This document shows, in pieces, positions 27,874 through 37,910 of a DNA stretch of 64,000 nucleotides (the stretch's first letter is position 1; each line of letters opens with the position of its first letter). A program made the position numbers and the translations under genes. The stretch covers positions 215,713 to 279,712 of the forward strand of contig JBAZJH010000001.1 of the NCBI GenBank assembly GCA_041651415.1, written 5' to 3'. The stretch is from Minisyncoccota bacterium. Lineage in GTDB: Bacteria > Patescibacteriota > Minisyncoccia > UBA6257 > XYB1-36-10. The notes under the pieces are model-generated. The model had not been told where the DNA came from. It ran no database searches and saw nothing but the letters and a program-made list of their open reading frames with translations.

Positions 27874-28578
27874 TCAAAGTCCGAGAGAAGAGAGAAAAGT
27901 TTTAAGCTCATCCCCTTTTAGTTCGCGGAAGGAGCCGGCGGGAATATTGCCAAGCTTGATATTCATAACCCGCACTCGCTTCAAGTCGCGAACAGTCAGA
28001 AAAAGCGCTTCGCACATTCTTCTGATTTGATGTTTTTTGCCTTCGGTTAAAACTATCCTAAAAGAACGCTCGCCCATTATTTCCACCTTGCAGTTTTTGG
28101 TTTTGAAATCATCAAGAACAATTCCTTCTTCCATTTTATTTTTAAAGCTTCCGCGAAGCTTTTCTTTCACTTCAACCACATATTCTTTTTCGTGAATGTA
28201 TTTGGGATTTAAGAGGCGGTCGGTAACGCGGCCGTCGTCGGTTAAAATAATAAGTCCGTGAGAACTTTTATCCAGACGACCAACCGGAAAAACGCCTTCA
28301 AAAGGGACAAATTTTTTAATGTCTTTTTCACCGAGTTGCGGAGAATGAGTAATCACTTCTCTCGGCTTATTAAAAGCGTAATAATGGAAAGTTTTGGGAT
28401 TTTTATTCTGTTTAACTTCCACTTTATCCCCTGCTTCCACTTTAGCGCCAAGAACGGCAAGACGGCCGTTAATAAAAACTTTTTTGTTTTTGATAAGCTC
28501 GTCTGCGCCAAGTCTCGTGGAATAGCCATGCAAGGCAAGGTATTTATTGATGCGAACAGGGAATTCTTCTTTTTCCAT
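27874..28578 (-). CDS. rluB: 23S rRNA pseudouridine synthase (RsuA/RluB/RluF family)
   Basis: S4 domain RINKYLA, GRLDK, EKEY.V and EGKKHQIRRM. Confidence 0.85.
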   Translation of the reverse strand: MEKEEFPVRINKYLALHGYSTRLGADELIKNKKVFINGRLAVLGAKVEAGDKVEVKQNKNPKTFHYYAFNKPREVITHSPQLGEKDIKKFVPFEGVFPVGRLDKSSHGLIILTDDGRVTDRLLNPKYIHEKEYVVEVKEKLRGSFKNKMEEGIVLDDFKTKNCKVEIMGERSFRIVLTEGKKHQIRRMCEALFLTVRDLKRVRVMNIKLGNIPAGSFRELKGDELKTFLSSLGL

Positions 28579-28653
28579 ACGGAAGGCAGTATAACACCAA
28601 ATTGTCAAATAGGAAACTTGAAAATAGAGGCGAGGTAAGATTTAATTAAAGAG

Positions 28654-29043
28654 ATGATAAAAGCAATTTTGCATTTTTTTGACAGATTAGAAGACAGGGT
28701 AAGACAAATTTTAAGCAAGTCGCCGATAATTTACGCTTTTATCGGCGGAGTGGGCATTGTGCTTTTTTGGAGAGGAGTTTGGGAATTGGCGGACGATTTC
28801 GGGCTTTCTTCTTTCGGTTCACTTTTTATAAGCGTATTAATATTGCTTCTTACGGGAACTTTCGTGTCTTTCTTTATCGGAGAAGAAATACTGATTTCCG
28901 GAGTAAAAGCGGAAAAGAGACGCGACCAAAGTATAATGGAAAAAATAGAAAAGGAACAAAAAAAATCAATCGAGCTCTTGAAGGAAGTGGACGGAATAAA
29001 AAACAGTTTGGAAGAAATAAAAAACAAGCTTGATAAAAAATAA
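28654..29043 (+). CDS. Conserved hypothetical membrane protein
   Basis: Two TM segments (GGVGIVLFWRGVW) plus a coiled-coil tail. Confidence 0.75.
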   Translation: MIKAILHFFDRLEDRVRQILSKSPIIYAFIGGVGIVLFWRGVWELADDFGLSSFGSLFISVLILLLTGTFVSFFIGEEILISGVKAEKRRDQSIMEKIEKEQKKSIELLKEVDGIKNSLEEIKNKLDKK

Positions 29044-29063
29044 CTTTTTGATAAAATAAAAAT

Positions 29064-29276
29064 ATGAAAAATTTATACCGAAGCCGAGACAATAAAGTTT
29101 TTGCCGGCATATTCGGAGGTTTGGGAGAATATTACGACCTCGACCCGACACTACTTCGCTTATTGTGGCTTTTTGTTCTCGTAATTACGGCTTTTGTGCC
29201 GGGAATAATCGCTTACATTATCGCTATGTTCGTGGTACCGAAGAAACCGATAACAGAGAGAAAAAAGGCAAATTAA
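29064..29276 (+). CDS. pspC: PspC-domain protein
   Basis: LYRSRDNKVFAGIFGGLGEYYDLDPTLLRL. Confidence 0.9.
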   Translation: MKNLYRSRDNKVFAGIFGGLGEYYDLDPTLLRLLWLFVLVITAFVPGIIAYIIAMFVVPKKPITERKKAN

Positions 29277-29368
29277 AAACGGCTTTGTCATTTTGACAGG
29301 GCGCCGTTTTAACCCTTTATTGTTTATTTTCTTATCATCCTGGATAAACCCAGGATTTGTACATAGCT

Positions 29369-30034
29369 TCATCGCAAAAAAAGAGGTTCCGATTCGTGCT
29401 TTTTCTCTTTCAGATATTCCATGCCCTTACCAACATCCGTGTTAATCGGAATTTTTTTGGCACAAAGCGGACAATTTGCTTCATCCCAAGCGTCAAGTTT
29501 GATATTGACAAGCGCAAAGAGCTTTGGAGGATTTGATATATCCTCCAGCGTGATTCCTCCGCGGTTACAGAGAACGCCAAGACCGACGACATTACCATCA
29601 AGAGCGCGGGTTGCTTGAATGACTGCTCTTGCTGAACCTCCAGTAGTGAGCACGTCTTCCACCACCAAAACGTTTTTTCCGGCGACGATTTTGTCGTAGC
29701 CGCGTTTGATGATAAAGCCAGCATCTATGACTCCCTCTTTTTTTTCGGCATAAACACCAAACACTTCGCGTCCGGTAATTTCCGAAAGATGATGCGCTAT
29801 CCACTGCGAAAGGATTACGCCGCCAATTGCCGGAGCAATGACCACTTCCACACCGTCGTTTGCGAATTGCTCGGCGATTACTTGGCAGAGACGAGACGTT
29901 TCTGCGGTGTGCGGATAGAGCGCATCCTTATTAACGTAAGCCGTACCGTGTTTCCCGGAAGTATAAACGATATGGCTGTCAGTAATCACCGCGCCGACTT
30001 GACCAAGAACTTGCAAAACTTCTTGTTCATTCAT
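29369..30034 (-). CDS. pyrE: Orotate phosphoribosyltransferase
   Basis: SGKH...Y and VLVVEDVLTTGGS PRPP motif; adjacent to pyrF; alternative start at 30046. Confidence 0.88.
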   Translation of the reverse strand: MNEQEVLQVLGQVGAVITDSHIVYTSGKHGTAYVNKDALYPHTAETSRLCQVIAEQFANDGVEVVIAPAIGGVILSQWIAHHLSEITGREVFGVYAEKKEGVIDAGFIIKRGYDKIVAGKNVLVVEDVLTTGGSARAVIQATRALDGNVVGLGVLCNRGGITLEDISNPPKLFALVNIKLDAWDEANCPLCAKKIPINTDVGKGMEYLKEKKHESEPLFLR

Positions 30035-30057
30035 AATTTCTTTCATCTCCTTCTTAC

Positions 30058-30768
30058 TTACAGGACTGCCGCGATTTCTTCCGCGATTTTTTTGGCCGCG
30101 TCCGCTGGCGTACCGATTTCTGCCGGCGGTTTTGTAATCGGACGACCAATAACAAGCGCCGTCGCGCCAGCCTTGATTGCTTCCGACGGAGTCATGATTC
30201 GCTTCTGGTCGCCAGCAGCCGCCCATTCAGGACGAACGCCGGGCGTTAATTTCAGCAAAGTAAAATTCTCCAGTACTCCCAGTTCCTTGGGAGAACAAAT
30301 AATGCCATCAGCGCCAGCGTTTGCCAGCATCCGGGCAAATTGTTCTACTTTTGCCGATGCCGTATCGCCGAAAATGGAAAAACATTCATCCGTGCCATCT
30401 TCCTTTATTCCAATAGAGGTCAAAACCGTGACTCCCAAAACAAGGGAATTGCCTTTATTAGCAACCGCGACTTCAATAGCCTTTTGTCCGGCCGAGGCGT
30501 GGACATTAAACATTTTTACGCCTAAACCGGCCACGGCTTTGGCAGCATTGCCGACAGTGTTGGGAATATCGCAAAATTTACCGTCGTAAAAAACCTGCCC
30601 GCCATGCTCGTGAACAAAACGCACCACATTTGGTCCGCCTTCGGCTGTGAGCAATTCAAGGCCAACTTTAAAACACCCGACAAAAGGCGCAAGTTCAGCG
30701 ATGAGTTGACCTGCCTGTTCCAATGAGGGAACATCCAGCGCTACTATAATCCTGTCTTTTACTTCCAT
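30058..30768 (-). CDS. pyrF: Orotidine-5'-phosphate decarboxylase
   Basis: IVALD, FKVG, DGKFCDIPNT, VTVLTS, TPGVR, DQKR and VIGRPI motifs. Confidence 0.95.
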   Translation of the reverse strand: MEVKDRIIVALDVPSLEQAGQLIAELAPFVGCFKVGLELLTAEGGPNVVRFVHEHGGQVFYDGKFCDIPNTVGNAAKAVAGLGVKMFNVHASAGQKAIEVAVANKGNSLVLGVTVLTSIGIKEDGTDECFSIFGDTASAKVEQFARMLANAGADGIICSPKELGVLENFTLLKLTPGVRPEWAAAGDQKRIMTPSEAIKAGATALVIGRPITKPPAEIGTPADAAKKIAEEIAAVL

Positions 30769-30914
30769 GACTACACCTCCTGCAACGTTTTAGTTTTTGA
30801 AGTACAAATAAGTCAAACATTGGTTTAACTTTCTTCTAAAGCATATTACTTAAAAATAATGGAAAAGTCAATGATTAAAAATGAAAACAAAAACTGGTAA
30901 GTTTTCATAATTAG

Positions 30915-30988
30915 TGGACGATACTGGACTTGAACCAGTGACCTCTGCAATGTGAATGCAGCGCTCTAACCAGCTGAGCTAATCGTCC
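30915..30988 (-). tRNA. tRNA-Val(CAC)
   Basis: Reverse complement ggacgat...ctgca-ttCACat-tgcag...ggttcaa...atcgtcc-a. Confidence 0.93.
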
Positions 30989-31040
30989 TTTTATTTATAA
31001 AGAATAGATAATAATAAGAGCCAAATCAAGAATTTTAGAA

Positions 31041-31147
31041 ACGAAATTCAAGATTGAGTTTCACCCCGCCTACGACGGGGTTTTATTAAATCTTAGCCGT
31101 AAAAACCTCGCGCTAACGCGCAATGTTTCTACGGAGATTTAATAAAA
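31041..31147 (+). repeat. REP/MITE-like repeat family 1, variant b
   Basis: tgagtttcaccccgcctacgacgggg...gcgctaacgcgcaatgtttctacggagatttaataa; near-identical to 32571 and 51178. Confidence 0.85.
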
Positions 31148-31309
31148 AAAGAAGGGGTTATTGGAGGGAGAAAGAAACAATCCACCGTTGGAAGAATTTC
31201 TCCGGAGAAAAAGACCAATAACCAGCCTTCTTGTGTAAAAAAGATAGCAGAAGAAAAAAGAAAAAGCAAGATAAAAAACACTCCGCTTGAAAGCGGAGTG
31301 TTTTTTATA

Positions 31310-31393
31310 ATGAAGTTCTTCGACAAGCTCAGAAACTAAAACTTGCTTTTTAAAACTTATGAAGTTCTTCGACAGGTTTAGAAACTGAAACTT
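31310..31393 (+). repeat. Two tandem copies of a TTCGACAAGCTCAG-type repeat
   Basis: atgaagttcttcgacaagctcagaaactaaaactt and atgaagttcttcgacaggtttagaaactgaaactt; the core recurs at about 32541. Confidence 0.7.
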
Positions 31394-31420
31394 ATTTTTT
31401 TTAGAACCAGTGAAAAAAAT

Positions 31421-31789
31421 CTATTTCATTTCGGCGGTAGCGCCGGCTTCTTGAAGTTTCTTTACCAGAGCTTCAGCTTCGTCTTTTTTCAAACCTTCCT
31501 TAACCACTTTTGGAGCTCCATCCACCAAGTCCTTTGCTTCTTTCAAACCAAGACCGGTAACTTCGCGAACAACTTTAATAACATTTATTTTCTGTTCTCC
31601 GGCAGATTTCAATTCCACATTGAAAGAATCTTTTTCTTCCACGGCTTCTCCGGAAGCGGCCGGGCCGGAAACAGCCATAGCGGAAGCGGAAACGCCAAAC
31701 TTTTCCTCAAGAGTTTTGACAAGTTCAGCCAGTTCCAAAACGGAAAGTTTTTCTATTTTCTCAATAATCTCATTGAATTTATCACTCAT
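31421..31789 (-). CDS. rplL: 50S ribosomal protein L7/L12
   Basis: LEEKFGVSA and [26 protein letters not shown]. Confidence 0.97.
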   Translation of the reverse strand: MSDKFNEIIEKIEKLSVLELAELVKTLEEKFGVSASAMAVSGPAASGEAVEEKDSFNVELKSAGEQKINVIKVVREVTGLGLKEAKDLVDGAPKVVKEGLKKDEAEALVKKLQEAGATAEMK

Positions 31790-31814
31790 TTTTTTATTGG
31801 TTTAATTTTAATTT

Positions 31815-32303
31815 TTAAGCTTTTTTCGCTTGTTCGTTTAAAACAAACATAAACATTTTAAGAGGCGCGGCAATCATGCCAACCAAACGACCGAGAAGAA
31901 TTTCGCGGCTCGGAAGCGAACTGATTTCCTTAATGAAATCAGCGGAAAGAACTTCTTTCTTTTCAAAATCGAAACCGCTAAGAACTTTAAAATTTTCACT
32001 CGCTTTCATCGATTTAAAAATCGAGGAAGCGATATCGATCAATTCTTTATCGGAATAAATAACTCCGATTTGAGCCTCAAAATCTTCAGGGTTTATTTTT
32101 ATCCCCTTTTTTTCAAAAGCAATTCTTAAAAGACGCTTTTTGATAACTTTGTATTCGGATTCCAAACTTTTAAGATTCTTTTTCAAGCCGACGATATCTT
32201 TAGTCGGAACGCCGGTGAAATCCGCTAAAAGAACAGTTTTGCTTGAATCAAGCTTTTTCAAGCTTCCATCAAGTTCCGCTTTCTTTTGATTTTTTGATTT
32301 CAT
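31815..32303 (-). CDS. rplJ: 50S ribosomal protein L10
   Basis: YKVIKKRLL and LPSREILLGRLVG; directly upstream of rplL. Confidence 0.92.
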   Translation of the reverse strand: MKSKNQKKAELDGSLKKLDSSKTVLLADFTGVPTKDIVGLKKNLKSLESEYKVIKKRLLRIAFEKKGIKINPEDFEAQIGVIYSDKELIDIASSIFKSMKASENFKVLSGFDFEKKEVLSADFIKEISSLPSREILLGRLVGMIAAPLKMFMFVLNEQAKKA

Positions 32304-32319
32304 TTTTTTGAAATAAAAA

Positions 32320-32478
32320 CGACCTTTAAATAATAAGGTCGCAGACATAAACAAACATTGTTCTCGGCAGGAGATTAAGCTAAAGCAATTCCGACCTAAG
32401 TCGGAACACTCAATTTTTTAGATAAATTTTGAAAAAATTTATAAAAAATTGGTGGCACCTGCGGTCTGCGAACATTTG
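32320..32478 (-). promoter_or_regulatory. L10 leader (rplJL autoregulatory RNA) with inserted palindromes
   Basis: Minus strand AGACCGCAGG...CTTAATCTCCTGCCGAG matches the L10-leader core; followed by a terminator-like gacctt/aaggtc hairpin. Confidence 0.7.
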
Positions 32479-32570
32479 TATTGTATTTTAAAAGGAAAGA
32501 AAAGTCAAACAAGGAAGCCTCATGCCTATCGTCAGGCAGGCTTCGACAAGCTCAGGGAATAAGAGAAAAG

Positions 32571-32687
32571 CGGAGATTTAAACGAAACTCAATTTTGAGT
32601 TTCACCCCGCCTACGACGGGGTTTTATTAAATCTTAGCCGTAAAAACCTTGCGCTAACGCGCAATGTTTCTACGGAGATTTAATAAA
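32571..32687 (+). repeat. REP/MITE-like repeat family 1, variant b
   Basis: Near-identical to 31041-31147. Confidence 0.85.
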
Positions 32688-32705
32688 AAAAGCCCGTTTT
32701 AGCTT

Positions 32706-33188
32706 TTAAGCATAAACGGGTTCGATATATCCGCTGAATTCCGGCAATACCTTTTCTACGACAGAGGCATGCCATTTCAAAATTTCATTTTCTTCTCTCA
32801 TTTTTCTCCAATCTTCAGGAGAGACAATTTTTATATCTCCAATTTCATTGTCTATTTTTAAAATAGGCAAAAATGGAAGATTGATAAGGAAAATGGAGTG
32901 GCGAAAACCATGTCTTATAATAACGTCTTCGAGAGACATTTGATCTCTCATATAAATAAGATTAATTCCTGTTTCTTCTAATACCTCCCGAAGAGCAGTT
33001 TCCCTTTCCTCTTTTTCCCAAGATTTAGATTTCCCGCCAGGAAGCTTAAAAAAAGTTTTTGTGACTTTTTGAAAGCCTTGATGAGAATAAGAAAAATTCT
33101 TTTCTTTTTCCTTAACTAAAATAACTCCTTCCGTCGTATAAATGATAACTCCGGCAGAAGGACGAAAATTTTCGTTAAAATAAATCAT
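32706..33188 (-). CDS. NUDIX hydrolase
   Basis: LPGG.......E..RETALREVLEETG Nudix box. Confidence 0.85.
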   Translation of the reverse strand: MIYFNENFRPSAGVIIYTTEGVILVKEKEKNFSYSHQGFQKVTKTFFKLPGGKSKSWEKEERETALREVLEETGINLIYMRDQMSLEDVIIRHGFRHSIFLINLPFLPILKIDNEIGDIKIVSPEDWRKMREENEILKWHASVVEKVLPEFSGYIEPVYA

Positions 33189-33274
33189 AGACCTTCTCCC
33201 TTCTTATTTAGTTTTCAATGTAGTTTTTTGATTATATACTAAAGAAGAAAGAATGTCAAATAGATGTGGAAAAG

Positions 33275-34030
33275 TCAGGCAGTTAAAATGAGCGGGCCGT
33301 TATCCGTGATAGCAATAGTATCTTCAAAGTGAGCCGCCAGCGAGCCGTCGGAAGTTTGATAGCTGTCGTCGTCAAGCTGAAAAATGTTTTCCGAGCCCAA
33401 AGAAAACATCGGCTCAATAGCGATAGTGAGCCCGGAAAAAAGTTTCATCCCCTGTCCAGGATTGCCGTAGTTATAAACAGTCGGCTCTTCATGGAGGCGT
33501 TTTCCAACGCCATGACCGGTCAACATTTTCACGACAAAAACTTTATTTTTTTCGGCAACTTGTTCAACAGCATAACCGATGTCGCCGATTGTTTTTCCGG
33601 GAAAAGCGGATTTAAGAGCCGAAGCAAGAGCTTCTCTCGTGGCTTTTAAAAGATGCGCGGCTTCGGAAGAAATTTTTCCAACCGGAAAAGTGCGGGCGGC
33701 GTCGGTAATAAATCCCTTAAACTTGACGCCTAAATCAATAGAAATAATATCGCCTTCTTTCAAAGCATAATCATTCGGAGCGCCGTGAACGACAATTTCA
33801 TTCACCGAAGAACACAGGGAAGCAGGATAAGGAGTTTTGGCTCCGGCCGGACGATAGTTTAAAAAAGCCGGTTCAGCGCCGGATTTTTTAATAAAATCAA
33901 AAGCCAGTTTATCCAAGTTTTTTAAAACAGCTCCCGGTTTTATTTCTTCAGAAACAGCTAAAAGAGCGCCAGCAAGAATCTTGCCGCCTTCTTTCATTAG
34001 CTTTATTTTTTCCGCGTCTTTTTCCGTCAT
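33275..34030 (-). CDS. map: Methionine aminopeptidase type I
   Basis: SVNE.VVHG.P, DLG, D.ART, GHGVG..LHEEP, IEPM and AHFEDT motifs. Confidence 0.96.
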   Translation of the reverse strand: MTEKDAEKIKLMKEGGKILAGALLAVSEEIKPGAVLKNLDKLAFDFIKKSGAEPAFLNYRPAGAKTPYPASLCSSVNEIVVHGAPNDYALKEGDIISIDLGVKFKGFITDAARTFPVGKISSEAAHLLKATREALASALKSAFPGKTIGDIGYAVEQVAEKNKVFVVKMLTGHGVGKRLHEEPTVYNYGNPGQGMKLFSGLTIAIEPMFSLGSENIFQLDDDSYQTSDGSLAAHFEDTIAITDNGPLILTA

Positions 34031-34707
34031 TTAATACGCTTCAAAATACTCTCGTGAACTTTATAAGGCAAGGGACGGCCGTCTATTTTAAAAATTTTAT
34101 AGCCGTTTTTCTTTAAAGTGTTTTCTATCGGTTTGGTGCGATTCATATATTCAACCAAGCGCTTTTTTATAACTTCCGGAGCGTCCAATGTCCGCTTTTT
34201 TAAAGGACTGCCGGTAAAAGGACAGGAAGTGAGTTTTACTTTTGTGCCCATAATCGGCAGTCCAGTTAAAGGGCTTAAGAGACGCGAGCTATTCCGCTTC
34301 AGCGAATCGGAAGCTTTAACATCAAGAGAAAAAACAAAAATGTTTTTCTGATTAAAAGTTTTTTCCAAGAAAGGAATGAGGCCTTCCACGCCATCTCCGC
34401 CGTAAGTTTCAAAAAGCGTGCGAGGAGAACCGCTATAAACAATGCTGAAACCGGCTTTAAAAATCTGTTCGGTGCGTTTTTTAACGATAGAGAGAGCCCA
34501 AGCCGGGTCGACTAAAAATCCGGTATCGAAAAGCTTTTTTTGTTCCTGAATTTTTTTATCTTTTTTATTATCCGGGTCGTTAAAAACATTTTCCAGATAA
34601 GCGCCCGTATCAAAATGAATGAGGCCAAGGCGGCTTGCTAAGAGACTAGCTTGCGTGCCTTTGCCGGAACCGGGCGGCCCGTAAATAATAACGGCTATTT
34701 GTTTCAT
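34027..34707 (-). CDS. adk: Adenylate kinase
   Basis: GPPGSGKGTQA and GSPRT; positioned upstream of map. Confidence 0.85.
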   Translation of the reverse strand: MKQIAVIIYGPPGSGKGTQASLLASRLGLIHFDTGAYLENVFNDPDNKKDKKIQEQKKLFDTGFLVDPAWALSIVKKRTEQIFKAGFSIVYSGSPRTLFETYGGDGVEGLIPFLEKTFNQKNIFVFSLDVKASDSLKRNSSRLLSPLTGLPIMGTKVKLTSCPFTGSPLKKRTLDAPEVIKKRLVEYMNRTKPIENTLKKNGYKIFKIDGRPLPYKVHESILKRIK

Positions 34708-34744
34708 AAAGGTATTATAGCAAAAAAACAAAAAACGGAAAAAG

Positions 34745-34774
34745 TTGACAGTTCAAAATAAAGTGTGGTATATA
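34745..34774 (+). promoter_or_regulatory. Sigma70-type promoter
   Basis: TTGACA-18-(TGg)TATATA. Confidence 0.55.
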
Positions 34775-34906
34775 AGAGACAGATTTTTAACATATTCGAA
34801 ATCCGCTTACACCGAATCCGCCTATCCGCTTTGCGGCGAGGCAAACCGGATTCCTCCGACCTTGTGTCGGAGGAATGACAAAGACAAAGCAAGAAGGAGA
34901 AAGAAA

Positions 34907-35089
34907 ATGGGTTTTAAAACGATTTATTTTGCAGGAATTAACGCGAGGAGTGTCCATAACGCGCTAGAAGAGTGGCTAGGGAAGGAGGGAGAATCCATAG
35001 ATATTACCTCTCATTCTCTTTCTGTGAAATTTAACACTTTAACCGGCTGGACGGAATTTTTTATTTCCGTCATTTATAAAGAGCTATAA
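34907..35089 (+). CDS. Small hypothetical protein (60 aa)
   Basis: SD aaggag; MGFKTIYFAG...VHNALEEWL...ISVIYKEL; terminator at about 35125-35150. Confidence 0.6.
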   Translation: MGFKTIYFAGINARSVHNALEEWLGKEGESIDITSHSLSVKFNTLTGWTEFFISVIYKEL

Positions 35090-35148
35090 AGAAAAGGAAT
35101 AAAATCTTTTTCAGAAGAAACCAAAACGGAGCTTTTGCTCCGTTTTTT

Positions 35149-35272
35149 TTATTAAATCTTCGCGAAAACCCCGCGCGTTAGCTAGGGAGTTGAAGCGGTA
35201 AAGATTTAATAAACCCCGCCTTTCTGCGGGGTGAAACTCAGGGTACCACGGCCGTAAGGCCGTGGAGTTTCA
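35149..35272 (-). repeat. REP/MITE-like repeat family 1, full copy
   Basis: Close reverse complement of 11735-11858. Confidence 0.85.
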
Positions 35273-35323
35273 TTTGTAATAATGTGCCTCCGACCAGAGT
35301 CGGAGGAATAAAAGCTAAAGCTT

Positions 35324-36586
35324 TTATTCATACTGGCGGATGGCAAGCTGGGATTCAACTTGGCGCATTATTTCAAGAGCCACAGAAACAACGATTAAGA
35401 GAGACGTGCCGCCTAAGCGGAACATTGCGATGCCTGTTAAACCTTGAATGATATTCGGAAGAACGGCGATAAGCCCCAAAAAGAGAGCGCCGAAAAGAGT
35501 GGTGCGTCCGGTGATTTTGGCAAGATAAGAACTGGTTTGTTCTCCCGGGCGAAGGCCGGGAATAAATCCACCGCTCTTTTGAAGATTTTTGGAAATTTCC
35601 GCCGGGTCGAAAGTAACGGCCGTGTAGAAATAAGTGAAAAGAACAACCATTACAAAATAAGAGATGCCGTAGATCCAGCCATTATTAAAAAGATAAAGAA
35701 CCCACTCGTTCATTTTTATGGAAAGGTCTGGAGAAAAAAGAGAAAAAGCCTGGGCGATAAACTGCGGAAAAAGCAAAACAGAAACGGCGAAAATAATCGG
35801 AATAACTCCGGCTTGATTTACTTTTAAAGGAAGATAACTCGAAACACCGCCATAAAGCTTGTTGCCGCGGACACGGCGGGCATAAGAAATGGGAACTTTT
35901 CTCTCGCCTTCATTAATAAAAACAACGCCAGCGATAACCACAACGCTGATTGCGGCAAAGAGAAGATAGCTTTGAAGCATAGAAGCGTCAAAAGAAAAAG
36001 CGGCTAGACGAAGATTAGCGGGAAGGCCGGCAATAATACCGGAAAAAATAAGAAGAGAAATACCGTTACCAAGGTGGTATTCGCTGATAAGTTCGCCGAG
36101 CCACATCAAAATAACCGAGCCGGCAGTGATAATTATCATATCGGCAAAAAGATTCCAGCCGCTTAAATTGGTGAAAACACCGCGAGAATTCAAGAAGTTT
36201 AAAAAACCGTAAGATTGAACAAGAGCAAGAGGAATGGTGATAAGACGGGAAACACGATTGAATTTTGCCCGTCCCATTTCCCCTTCTTCATAATACATCT
36301 TTTTAAGATTAGGAAAAACGATGGTTAAAAGCTGCATAATAATAGTGGCCGTAATATAAGGGCCGACACCAAGCATGGCGATGGAAAGATTAGACAGCCC
36401 GCCGCCGGAAAAAATATCAAGAAAACCAAGAAGCTGGTTGGAAGAAAAGAGATTTTTTAAGCGTTCAAAATCAACATTCGGAACCGGAATGGAAGCAAGA
36501 AGACGAGAGACAGCCAAGAGTCCGATAATCGAGAAAACTTTGTATCGCAGGTCTTTTATTTTAAAAACGTTCAGAGGGTTGATCAT
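35324..36586 (-). CDS. secY: Preprotein translocase subunit SecY
   Basis: LGVGPYITA.II.QLL, GNGISL, AGVIPIIFA, IPGLRPG and GGTSLLIVV. Confidence 0.97.
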   Translation of the reverse strand: MINPLNVFKIKDLRYKVFSIIGLLAVSRLLASIPVPNVDFERLKNLFSSNQLLGFLDIFSGGGLSNLSIAMLGVGPYITATIIMQLLTIVFPNLKKMYYEEGEMGRAKFNRVSRLITIPLALVQSYGFLNFLNSRGVFTNLSGWNLFADMIIITAGSVILMWLGELISEYHLGNGISLLIFSGIIAGLPANLRLAAFSFDASMLQSYLLFAAISVVVIAGVVFINEGERKVPISYARRVRGNKLYGGVSSYLPLKVNQAGVIPIIFAVSVLLFPQFIAQAFSLFSPDLSIKMNEWVLYLFNNGWIYGISYFVMVVLFTYFYTAVTFDPAEISKNLQKSGGFIPGLRPGEQTSSYLAKITGRTTLFGALFLGLIAVLPNIIQGLTGIAMFRLGGTSLLIVVSVALEIMRQVESQLAIRQYE

Positions 36587-36614
36587 GAGAAAATGTCTAA
36601 TTAAGAATTTCTAT

Positions 36615-37046
36615 TTATTTTTTTTCAGAAGTTATTATTTTACCTCCCGCTTTTTCTATTTTAACCCGAGCGGATTTGGAAACAAAGATGTCTTTGATTT
36701 CAACTTTTGATTTTATTTCACCATTGCCAAGTATTTTAATATCGCCGCGGAAGCCTTTATTCAAAAACTTTGCCTTTCTGAAAAATTCCGGATTTATTTT
36801 AGCTTCTTTGAGCTTGTCCAAATCTCCGACATTTAAAACCAAACGTTCACGAGAAACATTTCTGTTTTTATAACCGCGGAATTTCGGCAGGCGTTGAATA
36901 AGTTCGCGTTCAGCCGGAATAATGCGATGACCGGCTCTCGCTTTCTGTCCTTTTTGGCCGCGTCCGGAATAAGTGCCGCGTTTGCCGCCGCGTCCAAGAC
37001 GTTTTTTGCCTGTTTTCTTTTTCACTTGTATTTCGTTGATAAGCAT
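36615..37046 (-). CDS. rplO: 50S ribosomal protein L15
   Basis: RLGRGGKRGTYSGRGQKGQKAR; operon position. Confidence 0.95.
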   Translation of the reverse strand: MLINEIQVKKKTGKKRLGRGGKRGTYSGRGQKGQKARAGHRIIPAERELIQRLPKFRGYKNRNVSRERLVLNVGDLDKLKEAKINPEFFRKAKFLNKGFRGDIKILGNGEIKSKVEIKDIFVSKSARVKIEKAGGKIITSEKK

Positions 37047-37531
37047 TATTTTCCTATATGTTTTGACTTAATTTTTTTCAAAGCTTCAATGGTTGCCATA
37101 GCATTCGTCAGTTTATTGGCAGTGCGTCCAAGACATTTAGCGGTGATATCTTTAATACCAAGCATAGAAAGAACAGTCCTGACAGAACTGCCGGCTTTCA
37201 AGCCATGGCCCACAACCGCCGGACGAAGCAGGACTCTGGCCGCACTGTATTTGGCTTCAACTTCATGATTAATAGTGCGTCCGTTTAAAGGTATCAAGAT
37301 AAAGTTCTTCTTCGCTTTAGTTTTGGCTTTATTCACTGCATCCTGAACATCGGAACCTTTGCCGATACCAATTCCCACTTTGCCGTTTTCATTGCCTAAA
37401 ACAACCGTAGCGCGAAAACGAAATCTTTTTCCTCCGGCGACAACACGGGCAACGCGGCGCAAATCAATCACTTTTTCTTTGTAATCGCTGTCTTTCTTTT
37501 TTAATATTTTTCTATTTTTATTAGGAAACAT
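37046..37531 (-). CDS. rpsE: 30S ribosomal protein S5
   Basis: RVARVVAGGKRFRF. Confidence 0.96.
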   Translation of the reverse strand: MFPNKNRKILKKKDSDYKEKVIDLRRVARVVAGGKRFRFRATVVLGNENGKVGIGIGKGSDVQDAVNKAKTKAKKNFILIPLNGRTINHEVEAKYSAARVLLRPAVVGHGLKAGSSVRTVLSMLGIKDITAKCLGRTANKLTNAMATIEALKKIKSKHIGK

Positions 37532-37542
37532 ATAAGTTTAAA

Positions 37543-37896
37543 TTAAAATTCCAATCCGGCTTCGCGAGCGCCTTCAGCCAAAGATTTTACCCGGCCATGA
37601 TAAGCATAACGACCCCGGTCAAAAACAACTTTTGTTATTCCCGCCTCTTTAGCTTTTTTTCCAACAGCCATTCCGACTTCTTTGGCTTTTTCAGTTTTGT
37701 TTTTTTTATCTTTTTTTATAAGAGAAGAAGAAGCGGAAGCCAAAGTTTTTCCGGTTTCATCATCGATAATTTGAGCGTAAATATATTTGCTGCTTTTAAA
37801 AACGCTTAAACGAGGCCAACCGCCTTTTTTTATCGAGCTCCTCACTTTAATGGCTCTTCTTGCTCTTTTTTTAGTTATTTCCTTTTCTGATTTCAT
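37543..37896 (-). CDS. rplR: 50S ribosomal protein L18
   Basis: [18 protein letters not shown] and VVFDRG...YHGRV. Confidence 0.96.
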   Translation of the reverse strand: MKSEKEITKKRARRAIKVRSSIKKGGWPRLSVFKSSKYIYAQIIDDETGKTLASASSSLIKKDKKNKTEKAKEVGMAVGKKAKEAGITKVVFDRGRYAYHGRVKSLAEGAREAGLEF

Positions 37897-37910
37897 AATT
37901 CAATTTAAAA

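Noticed and set aside
29789-30589. 266-aa plus-strand ORF
   Set aside because: Entirely antisense to pyrE/pyrF
31310-31393. Possible mini-CRISPR
   Set aside because: Only two imperfect copies about 14 nt apart, and the core recurs alone elsewhere as a dispersed repeat
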